In this document: positions 15,790-24,349 of the stretch, one piece after another | Numbering within the stretch: position 1 is the first letter of the stretch | Layout of the letters: each line of letters starts with the position of its first letter | Origin: a virus | Lineage: Duplodnaviria > Caudoviricetes | Reading direction: 5' to 3' (one strand) | Virus record (IMG/VR): IMGVR_UViG_3300033407_000100 | Span: 1-25,482 of that record | DNA: 25,482 nucleotides | Made by a program: the position numbers and the translations under genes | Notes under the pieces: generated by a model | Seen by the model: the letters and a program-made list of their open reading frames with translations, nothing else | What the model was told of the DNA's origin: nothing | Database searches by the model: none

Positions 15790-17802
15790 TTACGCCTCGC
15801 CCTTCATCTTCGCGCCGCCGCGGTACTCCTGCAGCGCGACGCCGAAGTCGTGATAGCCGCGCATCTGGATGCCCAGCGTGTTGAAGTCGGCGTCGGCACT
15901 CTCGACCGTCGGCTCCTGCATGCCGTTGAGGAACGCGACCTCGATGACGGGCATGTCCTCGGGGTCGGCCAGGAGGTACCAGGCCAGGGTCGAGTTGCCC
16001 GTGTACTTCGCGTTGCTCAGGTAGCTGGAGCGCACCGGGCGGAACTTGCCCGCGTGCGGGTTGCTGGTCGCCGATTTCTTGTTGGCCGTCGTGTCGCGAA
16101 GCTCCGTCGACTGCATGAGCTGCGTCGCCGTCACGTACAGGCCGTTGGGCACCAGCAGGATGACCGGCGCGACCGCCATCGGATGGCCGTCCGGGTCGAC
16201 CTGGTCGAGGAACAGCTGCTCGGCCTGCGTGAGCGCGTCGATCCCCAGCGCCGTCCCCGCGCCCTCGGCGTAGTTCTTCCGCGCCGTGGTGAAGAACGCG
16301 GCGTTGTCCAGGAACGCGGCCCAGAACACGTCGTTGAGCTTCAGCGCGCCGCCCCGGCCCATGCGCCGCGGGACGGCCGTCAGCGCGTCCAGGTCGTCGT
16401 TGACCAGGTCGCGCCGGTCGATGCCGAAGATGCGGCCGTACGTGTCGACCCGGTTGGTGTACTGCTCCTCGCCGACGGTCGCGTGCGTGAGCTCGCCGCC
16501 CGGCGGCAGCTGCTCGTAGACGAAGCCGCCCGTGAGCGAGTAGCTGGTGATCTGCTTGAAGTCGCGGGCCGGGCGCGTCGCGGCCACCTGCCGCCAGGTG
16601 TTCTCGACCGCGTCGAACCCGGCGCGGAGGAACTTGTTCGCCACGTTGCTCAGGATGCCCGGCAGGCTCAGCGTGCTCAGGCCCGCAGCCTGGATGTCGC
16701 CGTGGAAGGCGGCCTGCAGCAGGCCCTTGAGGTCGCTGCGGCCGTGGCCGCGGAAGCCGTTGTGCTGCGCGAAGATCAACAGCGTCTCGCACAGGCCCAG
16801 CCCGTGCCGGTACCGGCGCTGCGCGGTGTCGAGCGTGGGCTCGTCGAACGCGGCCTCGAGCCGCTCGCGCTCCATGCCGCCGGCCATGCACAGCGCCGCC
16901 TCGATGACGTCGCCGGCGAGCTCGCGGTCAGATCGCCGCGGCCCGGCGACGCCGGCGTGCAGCCGGCTGGTCCGCATCGCCTCCAGCTGGAACTGCTGGG
17001 CCGACCAGCCGGCGGTGATCGCCGACCGTGCCAGGCGCTCGACGTCGTCGACCAGGTCCGGCTGCTCGGCAAGCACCTCCGCGACCGTCACCCGGATCGC
17101 CTGCCGCCGCGCGGTCTCGGCCCGGGCATTGGCCGTGATCGTGTCCAGGTCGTCAACGCCGGCGGGGGTGGGGCGCCCGGGGCTCCCGTTCGCGCCCCCA
17201 CCGCTTCCCGCCGGCTCATTGCCGCCGTCGCCGGTCCCCTCGGCGGCGATCCGGGCACGCGCCCGCGAGTCCGCCCCCAGGTCGACGAACGAGATCTCGT
17301 TCAGCCGCGTCTTGCGCGCGACGTACAGAGGACCCTTGAACGTGCGGCCGTTGACCGTCACGGTCGTGTCCCGCTCGACAAACTCGAGCTCGTCGGTCGA
17401 GGCGCCCATCGACGCCTGCCAGGGGAAGCCGTTGCGTGCGCTGGCGACGATCTCACGCGCCACCGCCGTGTCGCGGCTGACGACGCCCTCGGCGACCAGC
17501 TTGTCACCCTCGATCGCGATGCGGGTGGTGTGCCCGACGCCTTCTCGCGGCTCGTGCCGGTGCCGCACCGGCCGGGTCTGCGAGGGGATCGTCATCCCGT
17601 CCAGCGCCACGACCACCGGCGTGTCCCCGAAGCCGGGCAGGCCCCGCAGCAGGCCGCCGGTGTAGGCGAGCAGCCGGAACTTCGGCAGGCCGTCAGCGCC
17701 GTCGCCGGCGGCGGCCACGATCATGACCTCGGCCTCCAGCGTGATCGGTCCGCGTGCCGGCGTACCCTCAGCGCGGATCTCCCTGCCCCTGTGCGTCTTC
17801 AT
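15790..17802 (-). CDS. Prohead protease-major capsid protein fusion (670 aa)
   Basis: ATG at 17802 (ATGA overlap). N-terminal protease-like part (AYTGG...VGHT...GFPWQASMG...LNEISFVDLGAD), linker, then capsid-like part (RDFK...TYGRIFGIDRRDLVNDDL...HDFGVALQEYRG). Confidence 0.88.
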   Translation of the reverse strand: MKTHRGREIRAEGTPARGPITLEAEVMIVAAAGDGADGLPKFRLLAYTGGLLRGLPGFGDTPVVVALDGMTIPSQTRPVRHRHEPREGVGHTTRIAIEGDKLVAEGVVSRDTAVAREIVASARNGFPWQASMGASTDELEFVERDTTVTVNGRTFKGPLYVARKTRLNEISFVDLGADSRARARIAAEGTGDGGNEPAGSGGGANGSPGRPTPAGVDDLDTITANARAETARRQAIRVTVAEVLAEQPDLVDDVERLARSAITAGWSAQQFQLEAMRTSRLHAGVAGPRRSDRELAGDVIEAALCMAGGMERERLEAAFDEPTLDTAQRRYRHGLGLCETLLIFAQHNGFRGHGRSDLKGLLQAAFHGDIQAAGLSTLSLPGILSNVANKFLRAGFDAVENTWRQVAATRPARDFKQITSYSLTGGFVYEQLPPGGELTHATVGEEQYTNRVDTYGRIFGIDRRDLVNDDLDALTAVPRRMGRGGALKLNDVFWAAFLDNAAFFTTARKNYAEGAGTALGIDALTQAEQLFLDQVDPDGHPMAVAPVILLVPNGLYVTATQLMQSTELRDTTANKKSATSNPHAGKFRPVRSSYLSNAKYTGNSTLAWYLLADPEDMPVIEVAFLNGMQEPTVESADADFNTLGIQMRGYHDFGVALQEYRGGAKMKGEA

Positions 17803-18089
17803 TTGTCGAACTCCATGGTGTCGTGCAACAGCTCGATGAGCCGTTGCGCATGCCGCCGGTCTGCGGCGGTGATGCCGTAGCGCTCCAGCCGGCCGAACCA
17901 TTCGTCGGCCCAGGTCTGGATCGACAGGTCCTTGAGCTGCTGGGGCTTGCGGACGAGCCGGTGCTGGGTGTACCCCTCACGCGGCCCGATCCAGATCTCC
18001 TTGACGGGCCCCTCGTCCAGCAGCGCGATCTCGCGAGCGGTCAGCACGGGGTGACTGACATTCCGCACCTTGGTCTGCTCATCAGCCAC
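17799..18089 (-). CDS. Hypothetical protein (96 aa)
   Basis: Overlaps the portal stop and the capsid start; normal composition. Confidence 0.65.
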   Translation of the reverse strand: MADEQTKVRNVSHPVLTAREIALLDEGPVKEIWIGPREGYTQHRLVRKPQQLKDLSIQTWADEWFGRLERYGITAADRRHAQRLIELLHDTMEFDK

Positions 18090-19539
18090 GGTGCAACTCC
18101 GGGTCGTCGTCTATGGTCAGGCCGATACTGCGCATGTACTCGCGCTCGCGGGCGATCTGCAGCAGCTCGGTCTCCCAGTCCAGGCCCTGCCGGGCGTACT
18201 CCCGCGCGAGCGACGTCGTGCGGTTGGACAGCCGCGCCGTCTGCGCGCTCGCCTCCTTGGCCGGGTCGACGTGGTCGCGGCCGGCCCAAATCCACGTGTG
18301 CGCACGGTTGGCGTCGGCGCGCCGCATCGACTGCGGCAGGAAGCCCGTCACGAGCACCGCCTCGTCCAGCCACGCGTCCAGCAGCCGGTCGAGAACCTGC
18401 TGCTGGAGCTCGGCCTGGTCGATGCGGATGGCCCGGTCGTAGGTCTGGTGATCGAGGCGCCCCGACGCGTAGTTGTACCCCGACGAGTTGCCGGCCGCGA
18501 CGTTGAACGGCATGTTCAAGCAGCGGGCAATCTCGTTGAGGATCTGCTTCTGGAACTCCGCGTAGGTCGTCGCCGGCTGCTCGGCCTTGAGCTGGGCCAT
18601 CTTCCAGCCGCCGGGCATCGTCAGCAGCATCCGCTGCTCGATCTCAATGGCGTCCATCGGCTCGATCGCCGTCGCGGCCTCGTCGTCGGGCGGCGCGTCG
18701 GTGTACAGCACCCCGGCCAGGTCCGCGGCGGTCTCCGCGGCCGCGATGACCGCCAGCGTGTACCGGCGGACCTGAGCGAACAGCGGCAGCGCCGGCGTGA
18801 TTTCCGGGATGCCCCGGCTCTGCCCGGGCCGATCGGCCCGGAAGTAGTGCACCACCTGCCGCGCGGGGATCCTGCGGTAGTCCAGTGGCATTGACGACAG
18901 CCGGACGTCGCCCGGGTGGTTCCGCAGGAGGTGGTACTCGACGGGGTTGCCCGCGCCGTCGTAGACGATCCCGTCGATGACGCGCGGGTCCGTGCGCAGG
19001 TGCGGCGTCGGCGTCGCGACCTGATCGGCCTCGATCAGCCGCAGGTCCAGCTGCACGGGCGACGGCGACAGGCGGCGCGGATTGACCGCCAGCAGGCCGA
19101 AGCACTCGCCGCTCTCGGCGCGCGCCGCCCGCATCGTGCGCAGCTTGGCGGCGAGGTCGATCGAGGCGGCCCATCGGTCCCACCGTCGCTCCACGTCGCG
19201 GTTGGCGGCGCTGTTGTCCGTGAGCATCTGCAGCCGCGGCCCGGTCCCGACGACGTCGCCGGCGAGCGTCGAGATCATGCCACGCGCGTAGCTGTTGTTG
19301 GCGCACTCGTAGCGGGCGCGGTTGCGGAGCACGCGTCGCACCGCGGGGCTGGCCGCGGCATCGGCGGACAGGCCGTCGGCGTTGGCCCAGTGGCGGCGGC
19401 TGGCGTCGGTGGTGGCCGCGGCGTCGTATCGCGCCTGGATGCGCCGCAGCAGCGCCTTGGCGGGCGCCGAGGCGGCGGCGCCGGAGCGCTGCTGCGCCCG
19501 CGCACGCCTGCCTCGCCCCCACAGTCCGCTGAACTTCAC
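18082..19539 (-). CDS. Portal protein, lambda family
   Basis: LRNRARYECANNSYARG...VGTG...RPGQSRGIP...NYASGRLD...HVDPAKE. Confidence 0.93.
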   Translation of the reverse strand: MKFSGLWGRGRRARAQQRSGAAASAPAKALLRRIQARYDAAATTDASRRHWANADGLSADAAASPAVRRVLRNRARYECANNSYARGMISTLAGDVVGTGPRLQMLTDNSAANRDVERRWDRWAASIDLAAKLRTMRAARAESGECFGLLAVNPRRLSPSPVQLDLRLIEADQVATPTPHLRTDPRVIDGIVYDGAGNPVEYHLLRNHPGDVRLSSMPLDYRRIPARQVVHYFRADRPGQSRGIPEITPALPLFAQVRRYTLAVIAAAETAADLAGVLYTDAPPDDEAATAIEPMDAIEIEQRMLLTMPGGWKMAQLKAEQPATTYAEFQKQILNEIARCLNMPFNVAAGNSSGYNYASGRLDHQTYDRAIRIDQAELQQQVLDRLLDAWLDEAVLVTGFLPQSMRRADANRAHTWIWAGRDHVDPAKEASAQTARLSNRTTSLAREYARQGLDWETELLQIAREREYMRSIGLTIDDDPELHRG

Positions 19540-19565
19540 GCGGTCCCCCCGGAAAGGCGCTCAGC

Positions 19566-19760
19566 TCAGACCGTGCCCCCCGGCACCATCCGAGTCAGCC
19601 GGAACCCACGCCCCTTCTTCGCCGCGGCCGCGCTCTTGACGTAGCGGTCCGCGGCGATCTGCTCGGGCAGCGGATGCTGCTCGACGCTGCCGGCGTCGCC
19701 CTCGGCGCGCCGTGGCGCCTTGGCGTTGTCGGTGATCGACTGGGTGAGGTCCTCGGCCAT
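19566..19760 (-). CDS. Head-tail adaptor (gpW-position), 64 aa
   Basis: MAEDLTQSITDNAKAPRRAEGDAGSVEQHPLPEQIAADRY; size and position before a lambda-type portal. Confidence 0.7.
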   Translation of the reverse strand: MAEDLTQSITDNAKAPRRAEGDAGSVEQHPLPEQIAADRYVKSAAAAKKGRGFRLTRMVPGGTV

Positions 19761-19849
19761 CCGACCGATCCTGCCGGGCCCCGCGCCCCCGGGCAACGGA
19801 TACCCGGCGGATATCCGCAGATCGTTCCACCGGTGTACCCCCCACCCCC

Positions 19850-20050
19850 CTACGGCCGCTCAGACGCCGCCGGCCGGCTGCCCGGCTGCTCGGTGGTCGT
19901 CACCCGGCGGCCGCAGTGCCGGCACTCGCGTCGCCGGCGGATCCGGCCCCCGATCGTCGGCCGCGTGTAGACCACCCGCAGATGCCGGCACCCACAGGAC
20001 GAGCACTCGAGGCCACGGTCATCACCACGGACCCCCCGGTCACTGCTCAT
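19850..20050 (-). CDS. Zn-ribbon protein (NrdR N-terminal / Ogr-like), 66 aa
   Basis: CSSCG...VVYTR...IRRRRECRHCGRRVTTTE; ATG overlaps the terminase stop. Confidence 0.78.
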   Translation of the reverse strand: MSSDRGVRGDDRGLECSSCGCRHLRVVYTRPTIGGRIRRRRECRHCGRRVTTTEQPGSRPAASERP

Positions 20051-22119
20051 GGCTGGTCTCCTCGTTTGCGCCGCTGAAGCTCTGACAGCCGCAGCCGCGG
20101 ACGTGTACCCCTGGGCCGCTCGGCACCCGTGCCGAACAGGACCGCGCCCTGCATCGACGCCGCGACCGCGGCGCCGACCAGGCAGTCCAGCAGGTGATTG
20201 TCCGCACCACTGGCGCGGAGCTTCCACTCGTCGACCGTCCGTCCGCGGCCCTCGGTCCTGACCCGGTACTCCGCGGTGAGGTGCTCGGCGAGCATGCGGT
20301 GCGACTCCGGCTTGCGACCGAACAGCGACAGGCAGCCCGGGTCTCCCATCGGTGTGGCCAGACGCTGCTGGCAAAACGTCTTCCAGTGATTCGTGTCAAA
20401 GGCGACGTGCCGCACGGCCCGCTTGGTCCCGGCGGGGATCCGCCAGTGATACCCGTTGCGGTCGCCGCGCTTGCGCTTATAGTCGCTGAACGGGATACTC
20501 GAGGCGCCGACGTACCGGCCGTGTGCGGGCATGAGCACGCCGGCGAACGTCGACTGCCGGCAGAACTGGTAGACGACATCCGTCGACGCGCCCCAGTTGG
20601 CGTCGACCAGGCATCGATCGACCCGCAGCACCGACCCGTCGTCGCGACGCCACTCGCGGCCGAGCATCGCCTGCGTCAGCCGATCGAGGCCGGCGTAGAT
20701 TGCGCCCTCGGGCCCGGCGCGGGGCGCCGCCCGGCCGAGTGTCCGCGTCACCTCACGGAGCGTGAAGTACGCGGCGTGCTGGTCCGGCTCGGTGCCGTAG
20801 TCGAGTACGTAGCCCGTGAAGTCGTCGGACCACGCCGCGACCAGCCAGTACAGGACTCGGGCCTGCACGTCGATGAAGGCCGTCACGTGCGAGCACCCGG
20901 TGGGCACGGCGCCCTTGGCCAGGCCGTTGATCTTCCCGGCGATCTGGTCGGCCGTGAGCAGCTCGTCGTCGGGCTCCTCGTCAGGCATGGGCTCGTTCTG
21001 GTACTCGGCCCAGAACGCCCGCTCGTCCTGGAGCTTCAGGTTCATCGCGTGCTGCACGGCGGACAGCTCGTCGGCGTTGAACCGCGCCGCCCACGCGACC
21101 TGGGCCCCCTTGTCCATCGCGGCCCGGTGCGCGCCGTAGAACGCCGTCGCGCGGCCCAGGCCCTCGTCGTTGCGGAGGCACTCGACTCGCAGCGCGGCGT
21201 ACTGGGCCCACAGCGCCTCGTTGGATGGGAACGCGTAGACCATTCTCGTCCGATCGCCGTGCCACTGCGGGTGCTTGTCGCGGTCCAGGATGCGGTCGGC
21301 CATGTCGTCCGGCGCCACGACCGTGAGCGTCATCAGCCCGGAGATCTTCCGGCCCGGCCCGGCCAGGCCGAGGATCGCGCCGGCGAGCACGCGCTCGCGC
21401 CGGACGCACTGTGACGGCGACCGCGCCGACTCGTCGCTCTGCGGGTCGTCGATCAGGACCAGGTCCGGCCGGACGGTCGCGCCGTCGGCGCGCTTGTGCT
21501 TCATGCCGCGGATTCGGCCGGTGAGACCGGCGACGCGGATGATCGCCCCGGCCGCCGGCGAGCCGGCGATCGAAGGCAGCACGACCTCGCGCGAGGTCCA
21601 GCGCTGCAGCGTCTGCTCACCCAGATGCAGCTGCCCGTGGGCCCGCTGGTGGATGCCCTCCAGGCAGTGGACCGGGTAGCAGACCGCCGGGAAGTCCCTC
21701 GCGAGCAGCTCGTTGTGCCGCAGCTCGGAGCCGATCGACTCGAGCATCTTCTCGGCGTGGCCCGCGTCGGCGCCGATCAGCGCGACGAAACCGCGGTGCC
21801 CGTAGAGCGCCGCCCACAGGCAGCCCGCCTCGCACAGCGACGTCTTGCCGCTGCCGCGGGGCATCGCGATCGCGGACAGGCTGCCCTCGAGCACGGCCCG
21901 CTCGATCCGCGCGATCACGCGCAGATGGTCGTCGGACCAGGCCAGCGTGAACGTCTCGGCCAGGTACGTTTCGCAGAACCGCCGGAGCTCCCGCTCGCAA
22001 GCGCCCCGCCGGACCGGATCCTGGACCTGCGGCAGCTCGCCGATGTCACGGCCGGACCGCGACTCGGCGGCGCTTCGATCGCGCGCACGCTCGCGATGGG
22101 CGGCGTACCGGTCCGTCGT
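20047..22119 (-). CDS. Terminase large subunit (start uncertain)
   Basis: Walker A AMPRGSGKT, Walker B LVLIDDPQ, nuclease motifs TAFIDVQ and DNHLLDC. Frame is open to 22176; the first canonical start is GTG 21918 but protein-like sequence extends to about 22119. Confidence 0.9.
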   Translation of the reverse strand, partial: TTDRYAAHRERARDRSAAESRSGRDIGELPQVQDPVRRGACERELRRFCETYLAETFTLAWSDDHLRVIARIERAVLEGSLSAIAMPRGSGKTSLCEAGCLWAALYGHRGFVALIGADAGHAEKMLESIGSELRHNELLARDFPAVCYPVHCLEGIHQRAHGQLHLGEQTLQRWTSREVVLPSIAGSPAAGAIIRVAGLTGRIRGMKHKRADGATVRPDLVLIDDPQSDESARSPSQCVRRERVLAGAILGLAGPGRKISGLMTLTVVAPDDMADRILDRDKHPQWHGDRTRMVYAFPSNEALWAQYAALRVECLRNDEGLGRATAFYGAHRAAMDKGAQVAWAARFNADELSAVQHAMNLKLQDERAFWAEYQNEPMPDEEPDDELLTADQIAGKINGLAKGAVPTGCSHVTAFIDVQARVLYWLVAAWSDDFTGYVLDYGTEPDQHAAYFTLREVTRTLGRAAPRAGPEGAIYAGLDRLTQAMLGREWRRDDGSVLRVDRCLVDANWGASTDVVYQFCRQSTFAGVLMPAHGRYVGASSIPFSDYKRKRGDRNGYHWRIPAGTKRAVRHVAFDTNHWKTFCQQRLATPMGDPGCLSLFGRKPESHRMLAEHLTAEYRVRTEGRGRTVDEWKLRASGADNHLLDCLVGAAVAASMQGAVLFGTGAERPRGTRPRLRLSELQRRKRGDQP

Positions 22120-22180
22120 TTCGCACCCCCGAAGCGGGGGGAGCCCTCTGAATGGTTTTAAGGGTAGGAAAGAAAGTCAG

Positions 22181-22558
22181 TCAGGGTCGGGCGCTGTTCC
22201 CAGCACACCCCCGGCTCCTCCCCTGGGTCCGGAAGGACCCGTTGGATCGGTTGCGGTGTGGTGCCACCGGCTCCAGGTGCACCGGGTTACAGCAGCGCCG
22301 GTGGCCGCAACGGTGGTGGATCTCCAGCCCGCCGGCGAGGCCTCCGGCAAAGGCCGCGTACACCACGCGGTGCACCCAGCAGGCTCGACCGGCCACCTTG
22401 ACGCAGCCGTAGCCGGCCGGGTCGGCGTAGCCCTGCCAGATCCAGCACTGCGGCGCGAAGCTCGCCACCGCGCACCGCCGGAGGATGCGCTGCACGGCAT
22501 CCAACGGTACCGTCTCGATCGCGACGGGCCGGCTGATTCTGGTGGCCTTGCGCGTCAC
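22181..22558 (-). CDS. HNH endonuclease
   Basis: CWIWQG...GYG...WVHRVVY...LEIHHRCGHRRCCNPVHLE...N; adjacent to the terminase. Confidence 0.9.
   Translation of the reverse strand: MTRKATRISRPVAIETVPLDAVQRILRRCAVASFAPQCWIWQGYADPAGYGCVKVAGRACWVHRVVYAAFAGGLAGGLEIHHRCGHRRCCNPVHLEPVAPHRNRSNGSFRTQGRSRGCAGNSARP
22225..22240 (-). promoter_or_regulatory. cosQ-like packaging signal candidate
   Basis: Minus strand GGGTCCTTCCGG versus lambda GGGTCCTTTCCGG; about 110 bp upstream of the terminase. Confidence 0.45.
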
Positions 22559-22866
22559 GTGCGTTCCCTGAAGTATCGCGTCTCCGACGGTCCGCCATCG
22601 CCGCTCAACACGGCGTTGACCGTGGCCGCGAAGATCGCCGCCGCGTCGTTGCCGGTCTCGGCGGCCATGACCTCGCAGAGTTCGCGTGCGACCGACACCA
22701 GTTTGATCGCATCTTCACCGAGCATCTTGGCGGTGAGGTATGAGTTGCCCGAACCGGCCGCGGCGACGGACTTCCCCGCCACGTCCCGACGGACTACCAC
22801 GACAAGCTCCAGTCCACATGCGCAGGCGCAGAGGCGCGCCGTCTCGTCGAGGCGAGGAACCGTCAC
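22555..22866 (-). CDS. Hypothetical protein (103 aa)
   Basis: GTGA overlaps at both ends; N-terminal CACAC. Confidence 0.6.
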   Translation of the reverse strand: MTVPRLDETARLCACACGLELVVVVRRDVAGKSVAAAGSGNSYLTAKMLGEDAIKLVSVARELCEVMAAETGNDAAAIFAATVNAVLSGDGGPSETRYFRERT

Positions 22867-23714
22867 GGCTGCCTCCGCCGGCGGAGCCTAGTCGCCTCGG
22901 CCTCGTCACGCAGGATCGCGATCAGCATCCCGGTGCCGGCCCGGCCATGCTCTCGGCGCGATCGCCACTTCCGCTCGCCGCGCTCGATCCCAGCCAGGTC
23001 CAGGCCCGGCAAGCGCAGCAGCTCGGACCGCACCGGCTCGCCGATGCGGAGACGGATCAGCGCTGCCCTCCGTTCCGCCTCCCCGTCCCCCTCCCCACCA
23101 CCAGCAGCAGCAGCAGGCTCCTGGAGAACTTCCCCAGACACCCGGGTTTGCTGCTGCTGCAATGATGAAGCGCTAGCGCCATAAAGGATGAGAGGTGCCA
23201 CGGGTGGCACCTCTGAGGTGCCATGGGTGGCACCTCTGAGGTGCCACGGGTGACACCTCTGAGGTGCCACGGGTGACACCTCTGAGGTGCCACGGGTGAC
23301 ACCTCCGGCGGCGCCCGAGAGCGCCGCCGTGCTGCTGCCCGGTGTCGTGGTCGACACCGCGCGACGAGTCTCGGCAACGCCCGCGAACAGGGGCGCCACC
23401 GTGCTGCTGGTCGGCGGGAACAGGGCGACCGCGAGGCCTCGCCCGGTCGACGCCGTGCTGATGAGCCCCAGACCGCGGAGCCGGTCCAGGGCTCGGAAGA
23501 TCTTCCTGCGGCTGCATTGCCGCAGGTGCTGCAGTCGGCGGACCGTGACCGAGCAATAGAGCACGACGCGGTCGCCGTCGAGCGTCGGGCCGCCGGCGAT
23601 GCCCCACAGCGTGTCGAGCATCGCGGTTTCGGCGTCGCTCATGACCTGCCACAGCGACGAGCGGACCAGGTTGCTGTGGAGCTTCACCTTCGGCGGCAGG
23701 GGTGCCGGGGTCAT
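22863..23714 (-). CDS. Replication initiator, lambda-O-like organisation (wHTH plus iteron-containing linker), 283 aa
   Basis: ATG at 23714 (ATGA overlap); TVRRLQHLRQCSRRKIFRALDRLRGLGLI wHTH; internal tandem repeats. Confidence 0.75.
   Translation of the reverse strand: MTPAPLPPKVKLHSNLVRSSLWQVMSDAETAMLDTLWGIAGGPTLDGDRVVLYCSVTVRRLQHLRQCSRRKIFRALDRLRGLGLISTASTGRGLAVALFPPTSSTVAPLFAGVAETRRAVSTTTPGSSTAALSGAAGGVTRGTSEVSPVAPQRCHPWHLRGATHGTSEVPPVAPLILYGASASSLQQQQTRVSGEVLQEPAAAAGGGEGDGEAERRAALIRLRIGEPVRSELLRLPGLDLAGIERGERKWRSRREHGRAGTGMLIAILRDEAEATRLRRRRQP
23192..23305. repeat. Iteron array / putative replication origin, 5 x 23 bp
   Basis: GAGGTGCCAYGGGTGRCACCTCT units at 23192, 23215, 23238, 23261 and 23284; each is a 10-2-10 palindrome; an AT-richer patch lies at 23161-23191. 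Confidence 0.88.
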
Positions 23715-24349
23715 CGCACGATTCCCTGCCGGCGGCCCCACGACGCGCACAGACCCGACATCGCAGCCGACGTCACCAGGACGCCGGCAATCAGAGTGAC
23801 GACGCCTGGTGCGCCGATGAGCACTACCACACCGGCGGCCGCGGCGCCGAGGCACACGAAAAGGGCCAGCCATCGCCGGCGTGAGACGCGCCGTACAGCG
23901 TCTCTCGCGCGTCCGTGCGCCGCCGGCGTGGCTGGCTGGGGGGCAGCAGAAAAGGCGAGGCCCGGGCCCGGGCGCTCGCCTCGGTGGGGGGGGTGGGGGG
24001 GCTCGGAAACGCCACGGTGCGGAATCGGAGCATCGAAGCCGGGGTCATGCACCTGGCTCTGCTTCAATTGGGCCGCACCGCGGCGCGTAGGAGATTGGGA
24101 GTCAGTCATTGGCGGTCCGCCTCCGCCGCGCGAAGACGCGTCAGCGCCGGCGGGCGTCAGCGCAATGCGGTCCGGCTGCCGGATCACGCATCGGCACACC
24201 GACGCCGCGCGAAGCGCGTCAGCGCCGGCGGGCGTCAGCACGAGGGGGAGGGGACGCGGACCACGCGTCGGCACACCGGCGGACACGGCGCCGCCGTCGC
24301 CGGCGGCGCCGTGAGGAGAAGATCCGCCGGTGCAACGGTGGGTGCTCAT
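23711..24349 (-). CDS. Hypothetical membrane protein (start 24349, 24109 or later)
   Basis: C-terminal hydrophobic WLALFVCLGAAAAGVVVLIGAPGVVTLIAGVLVTSAAMSGLC; ATGA overlaps at both ends; the N-terminal half looks poorly protein-like. Confidence 0.45.
   Translation of the reverse strand: MSTHRCTGGSSPHGAAGDGGAVSAGVPTRGPRPLPLVLTPAGADALRAASVCRCVIRQPDRIALTPAGADASSRGGGGPPMTDSQSPTRRGAAQLKQSQVHDPGFDAPIPHRGVSEPPHPPHRGERPGPGLAFSAAPQPATPAAHGRARDAVRRVSRRRWLALFVCLGAAAAGVVVLIGAPGVVTLIAGVLVTSAAMSGLCASWGRRQGIVR
24124..24278. repeat. Imperfect tandem duplication of about 78 bp
   Basis: CGCCGCGCGAAG(A)CGCGTCAGCGCCGGCGGGCGTCAGC at 24124-24161 and 24203-24239; CACGCRTCGGCACACCG at 24185-24201 and 24262-24278. 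Confidence 0.8.

Noticed and set aside
14650-17880. 1076-aa plus-strand ORF and other long plus-strand ORFs (752-2530, 8625-10649, 12780-14474)
   Set aside because: Antisense shadows of clear minus-strand genes in high-GC DNA; Arg/Ala/Gly-rich with no motifs.
23192-23305. CRISPR array
   Set aside because: The palindromic repeats abut with no spacers, lie within a CDS, and no cas genes are present.
23983-24001. G8-T-G7 tract (and G8 at 326-333) as phase-variation or G-quadruplex elements
   Set aside because: Plausible by chance at this GC content; no supporting evidence without reads.
24124-24278. Mini-CRISPR array
   Set aside because: Only two units, the constant part is split and has an indel, and there are no cas genes; kept only as a repeat.
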